NCBI GenBank assembly: GCA_003152875.1
Contig: PMBF01000039.1
Span: 3,324 to 47,788, forward strand
Length of the DNA stretch: 44,465 nucleotides
Direction of reading: 5' to 3'
Source of the DNA: Ignavibacteriota bacterium
GTDB taxonomy: Bacteria > Bacteroidota > Ignavibacteria > UBA10030 > UBA6906
Shown in pieces: positions 35,290-44,200 of this stretch. The translations under genes and the position numbers were made by a program. Within the stretch, counting starts at the first letter, position 1, and each line of letters begins with the position of its first letter. The notes beneath the pieces are model-generated. The model saw only the letters and a program-made list of their open reading frames with translations. It had not been told where the DNA came from and did not search any database.

Positions 35290-37848
35290 ATGACAACATT
35301 CGTTGATGGAAATGATATCCGGGGTCTTTCAAATAGCGAGGCCGCCGAGCGACTGGAAAGAGATGGATACAATGAGCTACCGACTGGCCGAAGACGTTCG
35401 GGATTTGGAATAGCAGTCGGGGTCGTACGGGAGCCGATGTTTCTCCTGCTCATTGCGTGCGGGGCACTGTATCTCATCCTGGGCGATCTGGAAGAGGCAT
35501 TGATGCTTCTGGGATTTGTCTTCGTAGTTGTCGGAATCACCTTTTTCCAGGAACGCAAGACTGAGCGCGCATTAGAGGCCCTTCGCGACCTTTCGAGCCC
35601 GCGCGCGCTGGTGATCAGGGAGGGCGAAAAGAAACGCATCCCGGGACGGGAGGTTGTCACGGGAGATGTAGTGCTTCTTTCCGAGGGCGATCGGGTCCCG
35701 GCCGATGCTGTTGTTCGTGCAAGCACAAACCTCTCGGCGGACGAGTCGCTCCTCACAGGGGAATCCGTCCCTGTGCGCAAAACGGAGACCGGCGACGTCG
35801 CTGCGATTTGCCGGCCGGGCGGCGAGGATTTGCCTTTCGTTTACTCCGGAACGATGATTGTCCAGGGGCAGGGCATAGCAGAAGTCCTTCGAACTGGCGT
35901 GCAGACAGAAATTGGAAAGATCGGCAAGGCTCTCCTGACGCTTGACATCGAGAACACGCCGCTGCAGAAACAAACGGGAAAACTGGTCAAGGTGTTTGCT
36001 CTCGCGGGTGCGGCATTGTGCATTGCAGTCCTGGTCATGTTAGGGCTGACAAAAGGTGACTGGTTGAACGGACTGCTCGCAGGCTTGACACTGGGGATGG
36101 CCATGCTGCCCGAGGAATTCCCGGTCGTCCTCACCATTTTCCTGGCTCTCGGTGCGTGGCGCATCTCACGCCATCGCGTGCTCACCAGGCGTATCCCTGC
36201 AATTGAGACGCTCGGGTCTGCAAGCGTACTGTGTGTGGATAAGACAGGGACGCTCACCATGAACCGGATGTCGGTACACGATCTGTATGTTGATGGTGAG
36301 GTCCTGGTGGCCGAAGAACGAGGCGCCGTGCTTCCCGAGAAGTTTCACGCGGTGGTGGAATACGCAATCCTGGCCAGCCCCACTGACCCGTTCGATCCGA
36401 TGGAAAAGGCCATGAAGGACCTGGGGAACCGCATGCTCGGCCAGACCGAACATCTTCACAGAGACTGGACATTGCTGAAGGAATACCCGCTCACCAGGCA
36501 GCAGCTTGCGATGACGCGGGTGTGGAGCTCTCCTGATGGGAATCATCACGTTGTCGCCTCAAAAGGGGCGCCTGAGGTGATGGCCGATCTTTGCCATCTC
36601 TCAGCGGCCGGGAGAAAAGCGATCACAGAGGGGGTTGATCTGCTCGCCTCCAGGGGAAGAAGAGTTCTGGGTATCGCACGCGCATCCATCAGACAGGGAG
36701 AGCTTCCACCGGTTCAACATGATTTTGAGTTCGAGTTTGTCGGGCTCCTCGGTCTCATGGATCCGGTTCGACCGGAGGTGGCGGATGCCGTCGAAGAATG
36801 CTACAAGGCGGGAATCCGGGTCATCATGATCACCGGGGACTATCCCGGGACGGCAAAGAGTATTGCCCAAGAGATTCGTCTGAGAAACCCCGGGGAGTGT
36901 ATCACGGGAAGTGAACTTCAGGAGATGAAGGATGCGGAACTCGCAGAGCGCGTGCGCACCGTGAGTATCTTTGCGCGTATGGTCCCCGAGCAGAAATTGC
37001 GGCTCGTCGAGGCGCTGAAGAGCAACGGTGAGGTGGTCGCGATGACGGGCGACGGCGTCAATGATGCTCCCGCCTTGAAATCCGCTCATATCGGAATCGC
37101 GATGGGGGGTCGCGGAACGGACGTTGCGAGAGAATCCGCCTCTCTGGTGTTGCTCGATGACGATTTCGGGTCCATCGTGCGAGCTGTAAGAATGGGACGC
37201 CGGATCTATGACAACCTGAAGAAAGCGATGATGTTCATTTTCTCGGTGCATATCCCGATCGCGGGGATGTCACTTCTCCCGATCATCTTCAATTGGCCGT
37301 TCGCCCTCTTGCCTGTGCACATCGTTTTTCTCGAGTTGATCATTGACCCGGCCTGCTCGCTGGTCTTTGAAGCCGAACGGGAGGGCCGTGATGTTATGAA
37401 CCGGCCACCCAGGAGACTCGATGAGCCTCTCTTTGGCATGCGCAATCTCGTGCCGAGTTTGCTCCAGGGTTTAACTGTGCTGCTGGTGGTGCTTGGAATA
37501 TATGCATGGGCGCTCTCAGCCTTCAACGAACTGGCCGCCAGAGCCCTGAGCTTCACGACCCTGATACTCTCCAATATCGGCCTCATTCTCACGAATCGCG
37601 CATGGCCCCGCTCTGTTCTGTCAACCCTTCGTGTAGCGAATCCGCCGTTCTTTTGGGTGACTGCTGGTGCCCTCGCGTTCTTGACATTGGCCCTCACGAT
37701 CCCCGCCATACGGGAGGTCTTCCGCTTCGCGCCAGTCCTGATCCCGGAGATTGCAATCTGTGTCTCCGGCGCTCTGCTGAGCATCCTCATTTCTGAATCC
37801 TTGAAGGTCTCACCCCTGAGAGAACTGTTGGAGCGGATGGGGAGGTAA
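35290..37848 (+). CDS. Cation-transporting P-type ATPase (type II-like, PEEFP variant)
   Basis: LTGES; PEEFP; DKTGTLT; KGAPE; DP.R; MITGD; TGDGVNDAPALK; ~10 TM segments. Confidence 0.96.
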   Translation: MTTFVDGNDIRGLSNSEAAERLERDGYNELPTGRRRSGFGIAVGVVREPMFLLLIACGALYLILGDLEEALMLLGFVFVVVGITFFQERKTERALEALRDLSSPRALVIREGEKKRIPGREVVTGDVVLLSEGDRVPADAVVRASTNLSADESLLTGESVPVRKTETGDVAAICRPGGEDLPFVYSGTMIVQGQGIAEVLRTGVQTEIGKIGKALLTLDIENTPLQKQTGKLVKVFALAGAALCIAVLVMLGLTKGDWLNGLLAGLTLGMAMLPEEFPVVLTIFLALGAWRISRHRVLTRRIPAIETLGSASVLCVDKTGTLTMNRMSVHDLYVDGEVLVAEERGAVLPEKFHAVVEYAILASPTDPFDPMEKAMKDLGNRMLGQTEHLHRDWTLLKEYPLTRQQLAMTRVWSSPDGNHHVVASKGAPEVMADLCHLSAAGRKAITEGVDLLASRGRRVLGIARASIRQGELPPVQHDFEFEFVGLLGLMDPVRPEVADAVEECYKAGIRVIMITGDYPGTAKSIAQEIRLRNPGECITGSELQEMKDAELAERVRTVSIFARMVPEQKLRLVEALKSNGEVVAMTGDGVNDAPALKSAHIGIAMGGRGTDVARESASLVLLDDDFGSIVRAVRMGRRIYDNLKKAMMFIFSVHIPIAGMSLLPIIFNWPFALLPVHIVFLELIIDPACSLVFEAEREGRDVMNRPPRRLDEPLFGMRNLVPSLLQGLTVLLVVLGIYAWALSAFNELAARALSFTTLILSNIGLILTNRAWPRSVLSTLRVANPPFFWVTAGALAFLTLALTIPAIREVFRFAPVLIPEIAICVSGALLSILISESLKVSPLRELLERMGR

Positions 37849-37874
37849 GGAATGAAGGTTTGACATGATTTGGA

Positions 37875-40361
37875 CTACCGGCGCGCTCCAGGCTTGCTCG
37901 TGCGACGGGTAGGGATAGCGTGGAGGGGATCCTCGGGCCAGGGATGTTTCGGATAGCGTCCCCTCATTTCCTTGCGTACCTCAGGATACGCGTTGCGCCA
38001 GAACGTCTGCAGGTCCTGTGTGATTGCCAGCGGACGTCCGGCGGGCGAGAGGAGATGGATCAGTACCGGAATACCTCCCGCCAAAGGAGTCTCCACCTGT
38101 CCGAACATTTCCTGCAGCCGGACTGCCAGAACCGGCTTGCCGGTGTCGTAGGAGAGTCGAATCCGCGAACCGGTGGGCACGGTCAGGAACGCCGGTGCAA
38201 GCCGGTCCAGGTCGAGAAGCTGCCGGTGGGAGAACCGGGAGCGAATCACGGACAGCATGTCGAGGCGTGCAAGCTGAATCCGGCGCGTGATCCCATTCAG
38301 GAAGGGCGCGAGCCACTCGTCGAGCGTTTCTTGCAGCCTCCGGTCGCTGAGATCGGGCCACCCAACGCCGGCCAGCCCGGACGAGAGGAGCCAGTTGCTC
38401 CGGGCGCGCAGCGACAGAGATTCCTTTTCCCAGGGGAGAGATTCCAGACCCAGCTGGCGGATCCCTTCGATCATGGCCGCCCGCACGGCCTCACCGGCAT
38501 CGCCGGCGGCGTCTGAGGCGGAAGAGACAGGCCGTTCATCAAGAGGCAGCGCTCCAAGCCTGGTCTGTCTCCGCGCCACCACTGCCTCGTCCACACTGCT
38601 CCAGCGCACTTCTTCAACGACTTCCAGTCTGTCGGCAAAGGTCTTGCGGATTTCCTCTTCGGACAGCGGGGCGGCGAGGAAAATCCGGACGTCCGTTCCG
38701 ACCCCGTCCACTTCCCCGACGGCGAGGAACCGCTCGCGGGCAAGCGCGCTCCATTCGGGCAGGACTGCTCCTGTGCCGCCCGCCATCTGATAATGTCCGG
38801 CGTCATCCCCCCGCCGGCGGGCCACCCTCTCCGGGTATGCCATCGCGAGAAGAACTCCGAGTGACTCCGGGCTGCCTCTTTCCCCTCCGACTCCTGACAG
38901 GGACCGGAGCCTCCGCGCCTCGGCCAGGATCCGCACTCGAACGCCATCCCCCCTTCCCTGCCTGAGAGCCTGCCATCGTGAGGCCAGGTCCACGTCCGTG
39001 TCGGGTCTCCCGTGCAGGAGATCCCGTTCTTCCAACATAGCAGCCAGATCACAGGCCTCGGATCCGAGACCGAGGTCCACTCCTTTCATGACCATATGGG
39101 CAAGCCGCGGGTGGACCGGGAGGAGAGCCAATGCGCGGCCATGTGACGTCAGCGTTCCGGCCCGGTCGAGGGCTCCCAGCTGGACGAGCAGATCGCGGGC
39201 GCGGCCGAGATGCGCCGGAGGGGGAGGATCCTGGAAGCGGAGTCCCGCCCCGTCGGGGGTTCCCCACAGGGCCAGATCCAGAGCAAGCGGGGCCAGATCG
39301 GCATTGAGGATCTCCGGTGACGAGTAGCGGGGGAGGTCCTGATCTTCGGCCCAGAGGCGGTAGCAAAAACCGGGACCCTCCCGCCCTGCTCGTCCCCGCC
39401 GTTGGTCGGCCGAAGCCTGCGACACAGGAACGGTGACGAGGCCTCCCATGCCCCGCCGAGGGTCGAACCGGGGAACCCGGGCCAGCCCCGCATCGACAAC
39501 GATTCGAACCCCCTCGATGGTCAGGCTTGTCTCGGCTATACTGGTCGAGAGTATGACTTTGCGTGTGCCGGGCGCGGCGGGAGCGAGCGCCGCCTGCTGC
39601 CGATCGGACGCGGCTTCCCCGTAGAGGAGGTGGATCGCCACCGAACCTGGGAGTCCGCTGTCGAGAAGGCATTCTTCCGTGCGGCGGATTTCACGCTGAC
39701 CGGGAAGGAAGACCAGGGCATCTCCTTCATGATCTGCCAATGCGAGGCGGACCGCATCGCGAACCCGGACTTCAAGGCGGCCTTCGGAAGCGAGCCAACG
39801 GGTGTCTACGGGAAAAGCGCGCCCGGTGCTTTCGATGACAGGCGCTTCGTTCAAAAGAGCGGCCACTCCCCTGCTGTCCAACGTGGCAGACATGACGAGG
39901 ATACGAAGATCCGGACGCAGATTCGACTGCACGTCGAGGGCCAACGCCAGTCCCAGATCCGCGTGGATGCTCCGCTCGTGGAATTCATCAAAGATCAGGA
40001 TGCCCGTTCCCTGGAGCTCGGGGGAAGTGTGAAGCATCCGGGTCAGCACGCCTTCCGTCACCACCTCCAGGCGAGTCGCTTCGCTCACCCTGCTCTCCCC
40101 CCTGATACGAAATCCAACCGACTGACCGACCTTTTCGCCTGCAAGAGAAGCCATGTACTCGGCGGCACGCCGGGCGGCGAGCCGGCGGGGCTCGAGCATG
40201 ATGATTTTCAATCCCTGCATCCACGGCTCTCCGAGGAGGGCGAGGGGCACGCGTGTTGTTTTTCCCGCGCCCGGAGGGGCGGAAAGGACCGCGCACATGC
40301 TCCCAGCGAGGGTGTGCCGGAGTGCGGGAATGACAGCCATGATGGGGAGCTCGATTGCCAT
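37875..40361 (-). CDS. hrpB: ATP-dependent RNA helicase HrpB
   Basis: APPGAGKTT; EPRRLAAR; DEFHER; MSAT; TSIAETSLTI; QRRGRAGR; GRYPKHPWPEDP. Confidence 0.97.
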   Translation of the reverse strand: MAIELPIMAVIPALRHTLAGSMCAVLSAPPGAGKTTRVPLALLGEPWMQGLKIIMLEPRRLAARRAAEYMASLAGEKVGQSVGFRIRGESRVSEATRLEVVTEGVLTRMLHTSPELQGTGILIFDEFHERSIHADLGLALALDVQSNLRPDLRILVMSATLDSRGVAALLNEAPVIESTGRAFPVDTRWLASEGRLEVRVRDAVRLALADHEGDALVFLPGQREIRRTEECLLDSGLPGSVAIHLLYGEAASDRQQAALAPAAPGTRKVILSTSIAETSLTIEGVRIVVDAGLARVPRFDPRRGMGGLVTVPVSQASADQRRGRAGREGPGFCYRLWAEDQDLPRYSSPEILNADLAPLALDLALWGTPDGAGLRFQDPPPPAHLGRARDLLVQLGALDRAGTLTSHGRALALLPVHPRLAHMVMKGVDLGLGSEACDLAAMLEERDLLHGRPDTDVDLASRWQALRQGRGDGVRVRILAEARRLRSLSGVGGERGSPESLGVLLAMAYPERVARRRGDDAGHYQMAGGTGAVLPEWSALARERFLAVGEVDGVGTDVRIFLAAPLSEEEIRKTFADRLEVVEEVRWSSVDEAVVARRQTRLGALPLDERPVSSASDAAGDAGEAVRAAMIEGIRQLGLESLPWEKESLSLRARSNWLLSSGLAGVGWPDLSDRRLQETLDEWLAPFLNGITRRIQLARLDMLSVIRSRFSHRQLLDLDRLAPAFLTVPTGSRIRLSYDTGKPVLAVRLQEMFGQVETPLAGGIPVLIHLLSPAGRPLAITQDLQTFWRNAYPEVRKEMRGRYPKHPWPEDPLHAIPTRRTSKPGARR

Positions 40362-40452
40362 AGGAGAAAGGTAGGGAGTTTCCCCTGCAAATGGCATTCC
40401 TGATGCGGTTTACGTTTTCAAGGCTGGGCCGGCTCTTCAGAGGGGCGTATCG

Positions 40453-40788
40453 TCACAATGACGATTCGTCGGCGGCGGGATTGCGTCGTACGGCGGGTCC
40501 GGGAAGCAACAACTGGCCGGTGTACTCTTTTTCGGGAACCGTAAGAAGCCGGGGACGGGGGGGCATGTCCTTCATGCACCATTTGCATTGGCGGGCGATC
40601 CGGCTGAGCCGGTGGCAGTGGGGGCACTCCCATACTTCCATATAGGAATCCGGACGGCGTGCGGAGGCTACCGTCGGGACGGCCTGCCGATCACACCGCG
40701 CCTTCGCAATCATATACACAAACCCGGACATGATCGCCAGGGTAAGGCACGCAAATGTGCCTGTCAGCATGGCCTGCAGCAAGTTCAT
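40453..40788 (-). CDS. Small single-TM protein with a zinc-ribbon-like motif
   Basis: GGGAGG RBS; N-terminal hydrophobic helix; WECPHC-x8-CKWC. Confidence 0.7.
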   Translation of the reverse strand: MNLLQAMLTGTFACLTLAIMSGFVYMIAKARCDRQAVPTVASARRPDSYMEVWECPHCHRLSRIARQCKWCMKDMPPRPRLLTVPEKEYTGQLLLPGPAVRRNPAADESSL

Positions 40789-40912
40789 ATCGTACCTCCC
40801 CCCGCTAGGTCGTTCCAGCCTCACGGTTCTTCCCCACAATACTAAGAACCGTAAACAGCGCCCGGACGTTCCGCGTTTCACCCGAGGGAGAATAGGAGGA
40901 CGCCGGTCCTTC

Positions 40913-41130
40913 TCAGGCCTGGAATCCGACGGATACAAGGACGGTCAGGGGAGAAAGGACGCCGAATGCCAGGGCATTCATTCCCGGAGCGGTCTCAAGC
41001 CGGAGGAGCACCGCTCCCACGAGAGCCAGAAGACCGGCCAGGGGTTAAACCAATCCCATCATGAGCAGTGTGTAATACGGGTGGGAACGGGGATTTCTTC
41101 CCGATTTGGAAAAGCCGGACCATTCATCGG
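40913..41130 (-). pseudogene. Possible membrane-protein remnant with an internal TAA
   Basis: YYTLLMMGLV*PLAGLLALVGAVLLRL...LAFGVLSPLTVLVSVGFQA*: the hydrophobic frame continues through the stop at 41045-41047. Confidence 0.3.
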
Positions 41131-41873
41131 GACCATCCGGGAGCATCCGTAGTTTTCTGCTCATTCGCGGCTCCCCGAATACGGCGCACATAGGGGAGCA
41201 GAGAGAGACGCTGAAGCACCGATTTCGCATTGCCCTGCCGGGTATTGCCAAAACAGAGAATTTTCCCGGGTCCGCACCGCGGTATCCCCGGCATGCTCTC
41301 GAAACGCACGGTGGTATCGATCCTGCTGACTTCGTCCTTCAGCCTGCCGCTATCCGGGACACAGAAAACATAGTTCAGCGCCTTCCAATCCCCTGGCCGG
41401 CCGTACAAACCTTCTTCATTCAAAATGCACGGGTCGAAATCGAGCTTGCGGCCTGAAGGTTTTTCGAAGAGATGCCGCGACAGAAAGTGACCCAGGGAGA
41501 CCGGTTGGAGGCTTGCCTCTCTTCCATACACCTCTCTGAGGGGAGATGTTGCTCCCAGCACGATCGTCGTCAAGCCGGCAGCGCCAAGCAGCGCAGCGAG
41601 GCCGGAGCGGGCAAGGACGGAGCCCAGGCTTCGTTTCCGGCGCGAGGACCAGTATCCTGTGATCGCACCTAGTGAGACGGACGCCACGGCCCACACAGGA
41701 AGGGCGCGGGTGGCCAGCCAGAAGCCGAAGCCGTTGTCGGCATAGCCATAGAATTGAGCCGTCCTGGTGAGGACAAAGAGGAAGGGGAGTCCGATGGCCA
41801 GCGCAACGGCCGAGCTCGCTACTGCATGGAGCAAGGGATCAGATGTCCGGCGTCCCGGGGGGAAGACCATCAC
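41124..41873 (-). CDS. Hypothetical membrane protein (3 TM + small Cys-containing soluble domain)
   Basis: Three hydrophobic segments, then KLDFD...GLYG.P...Y.FC.P...C...LC.G.T...YV.RI; AAGGA upstream. Confidence 0.7.
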   Translation of the reverse strand: MMVFPPGRRTSDPLLHAVASSAVALAIGLPFLFVLTRTAQFYGYADNGFGFWLATRALPVWAVASVSLGAITGYWSSRRKRSLGSVLARSGLAALLGAAGLTTIVLGATSPLREVYGREASLQPVSLGHFLSRHLFEKPSGRKLDFDPCILNEEGLYGRPGDWKALNYVFCVPDSGRLKDEVSRIDTTVRFESMPGIPRCGPGKILCFGNTRQGNAKSVLQRLSLLPYVRRIRGAANEQKTTDAPGWSR

Positions 41874-41977
41874 GGGAGGTTTCCTTGTTAGGGGTCCGGC
41901 GACTGTTTATGGCATTGCAGCCGCGGGCTTCTATGATTTAACCACCATGATGCGCTGACTGGTTCCTTTCACCGGAG

Positions 41978-42040
41978 TGACAATTGATGACAACTGCTTA
42001 CCGGGCCATCACATCTTCCCCGCGGGGGGGGGCGTACACT
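41978..42040 (+). promoter_or_regulatory. Activator-dependent promoter candidate (TGACAA direct repeats + -10)
   Basis: TGACAA at 41978 and 41988; weaker TCACA at 42009; -10 TACACT at 42035; no recognisable -35. Confidence 0.45.
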
Positions 42041-42093
42041 GAATCAGAACACCCGTTGAACGAGTCCACACACAAACCCCCAGGGAGGTTGAC

Positions 42094-42543
42094 ATGAAAC
42101 TGCAAAGATATGTGCTCGCCGGAATGTTGCTCGCGGGGGCTTTCGTCGGTCAGGCTCTGGCCGCCGGAGACCGTACCGAAAACGCCGGGGCTTCATACTT
42201 CACCAGCCATACGGCTATCAACCAGACAGTGCTCGAAGACAACTACGCGCGCTGCCTCTCGTCGAACACGGACGGCGTTGTGGAATCGGCTCTTGCGTAC
42301 GTCATTCAGATGAAGCTGGAATGGCCCGACCAGAACTTCTCCAAGATTGAAAAAGCCGCCCGCAAGCTGAGTGTCAGCGGCCGCACGCTGGCAATCCGCT
42401 ACAAGGCATCCCTGGCCAGCATCGTCTATGACGATATGCTGATGCAGCAACTTACGGACTGTGTGAACTGCGACACCCCTGATGAGCTCTTTGCCAAAGT
42501 ATCCGCCCGGGTCCAGCAGGCGGCACTGGGCGAAGACAGATAG
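42094..42543 (+). CDS. Secreted hypothetical protein
   Basis: GGGAGG RBS; signal peptide ending ALA; L.S..DGVVESA...IRYKA.LA; C-terminal CxxC. Confidence 0.85.
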   Translation: MKLQRYVLAGMLLAGAFVGQALAAGDRTENAGASYFTSHTAINQTVLEDNYARCLSSNTDGVVESALAYVIQMKLEWPDQNFSKIEKAARKLSVSGRTLAIRYKASLASIVYDDMLMQQLTDCVNCDTPDELFAKVSARVQQAALGEDR

Positions 42544-42587
42544 TGTCACCCATCTCCTGAGACGCGTCTTCTCCTCCGCCCTCCGCG

Positions 42588-42625
42588 TGGCGCTTCCGGT
42601 CCTCAACGTCTGACCGGGAGCGCCA
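42588..42625. terminator. Strong hairpin after the secreted-protein gene
   Basis: tggcgcttccggtc / gaccgggagcgcca stem (one G-U pair); no U-tract. Confidence 0.45.
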
Positions 42626-42657
42626 TCGGTGGTTACAGGGGGGGTGTCCACCCGCTC

Positions 42658-42686
42658 TTGCCCTTCTGAGCCTCCTTGCCTATCTT
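42658..42686 (+). promoter_or_regulatory. Sigma70-type promoter for the sugar porter operon
   Basis: TTGCCC-17 nt-TATCTT. Confidence 0.6.
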
Positions 42687-42778
42687 GGATGCAGCATGCC
42701 TTCGGCATCCCGAAGCCTTCAGCGCCGTCCTTCCACTCCCATGTTCAGGCGTCGATCTTTCCCACGCAACGGCACACC

Positions 42779-44200
42779 ATGAACAGACTCTACCTGTACT
42801 CCGTATGCGCCGTCGGTGCCCTGGGCGGCCTGTTGTTCGGTTACGACACAGCCGTCATCTCGGGCGCGATCGGCTACATGAGCAAGCACTTCACCATGAC
42901 CCCGGCCATGGAGGGGTGGGCCTCTTCATGCGTCCTGCTCGGCGCCGCCTTCGGTGCCGGGATCGCCGGCTGGTTGAGCGACCGGCTGGGGAGAAAATCG
43001 GGACTCCTGTTCGCCTCCGTCTGCTTCCTGGTAAGTGCTGCGGGGACATCGGGCGCGCCGACGCTCGCGTTCTTTGTCATCTTCAGGATCCTGGGCGGCA
43101 TCGGGGTCGGTGCGGCATCGATCATCTCGCCGATGTACATCGCGGAGGTAACTCCGCCGCGGATGCGCGGCAAGATGGTGACGCTGAACCAGTTCGCCAT
43201 CATCTCGGGGATGCTCATCATCTACTTCGTAAACTATCTGATCTCGAACCAGGGAACGGAAGAGTGGAATCAGACCATGGGCTGGCGATGGATGTTCGGG
43301 TCGGGGGTGTTCCCCGCCCTCCTGCTGTTTTGCGCTTCGTTCTTCATTCCGGAGAGCCCCCGCTGGCTGATCGCCAACCGCGCCGCCGGCGCGGCGAAGG
43401 CCAGGAAGATCCTGGCCAAGGTAGGCGGCGACGCGTACGCGAGCGACGAGCTCAGGGAGATCGCCGGCTCAGTGAAGCAGGAGTCGTCGCGCATTGCATC
43501 CCTGCTTTCGAGGCCGTTCAGGATCGTGTTCCTGCTCGGCATCGCGCTGGCGGTGCTCCAGCAGGTCACCGGCATTAATGTCTTCATGTACTACGCCCCC
43601 GAGATCTTCAAATCGATCGTCAAAGGGACCCAGACGGACGTCGCCCTGCTCCAGACGATCATCATCGGCGCGTGCAACATGCTCTTCACCATCATCTCAT
43701 TCTCCCTCGTGGACAGGCTTGGCAGGAAGCCTCTCATGCTGATCGGCTCCGCGGGGATGTTTCTGAGCCTGACCGCCATGGGACTCGCCACGTACTTCAA
43801 CCGGACCGAGGGATGGCTGCTGGCGATCATTCTCGGCTATATTGCCTCCTTCTCGCTTGCCGTCGGGCCCGTGACATGGGTCCTCCTGTCGGAGATTTTT
43901 CCCACGAGGATGAGGGGTGTGGCAATGGCGTTCGCCACCATCTGCATGTGGGTCGCCAACTATGCGGTCTCGCAGACCTTCCCGATGCTCGACAAAAGCG
44001 GACCGCTCATCGCCCTGTTCCACCATGCACTGCCGTTCTGGGTGTACGCGTTCTTTTGCATCGTACTGTTCGCTCTTGTCGCGGCGTACATCCCTGAGAC
44101 CAAAGGAAAGTCCCTTGAGGCCATAGAAGGATACTGGATCCACCGGAGAGAAGGCCATGACGTCCAGAGAGAGGGTCATCGCGTCACTGAACCATCGTGA
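42779..44200 (+). CDS. Sugar porter family MFS transporter (XylE/AraE-like)
   Basis: GGLLFGYDTAVISG; DRLGRK twice; PMYIAE; PESPRWL; QQVTGINVFMYY; PETKGKSLE. Confidence 0.96.
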   Translation: MNRLYLYSVCAVGALGGLLFGYDTAVISGAIGYMSKHFTMTPAMEGWASSCVLLGAAFGAGIAGWLSDRLGRKSGLLFASVCFLVSAAGTSGAPTLAFFVIFRILGGIGVGAASIISPMYIAEVTPPRMRGKMVTLNQFAIISGMLIIYFVNYLISNQGTEEWNQTMGWRWMFGSGVFPALLLFCASFFIPESPRWLIANRAAGAAKARKILAKVGGDAYASDELREIAGSVKQESSRIASLLSRPFRIVFLLGIALAVLQQVTGINVFMYYAPEIFKSIVKGTQTDVALLQTIIIGACNMLFTIISFSLVDRLGRKPLMLIGSAGMFLSLTAMGLATYFNRTEGWLLAIILGYIASFSLAVGPVTWVLLSEIFPTRMRGVAMAFATICMWVANYAVSQTFPMLDKSGPLIALFHHALPFWVYAFFCIVLFALVAAYIPETKGKSLEAIEGYWIHRREGHDVQREGHRVTEPS

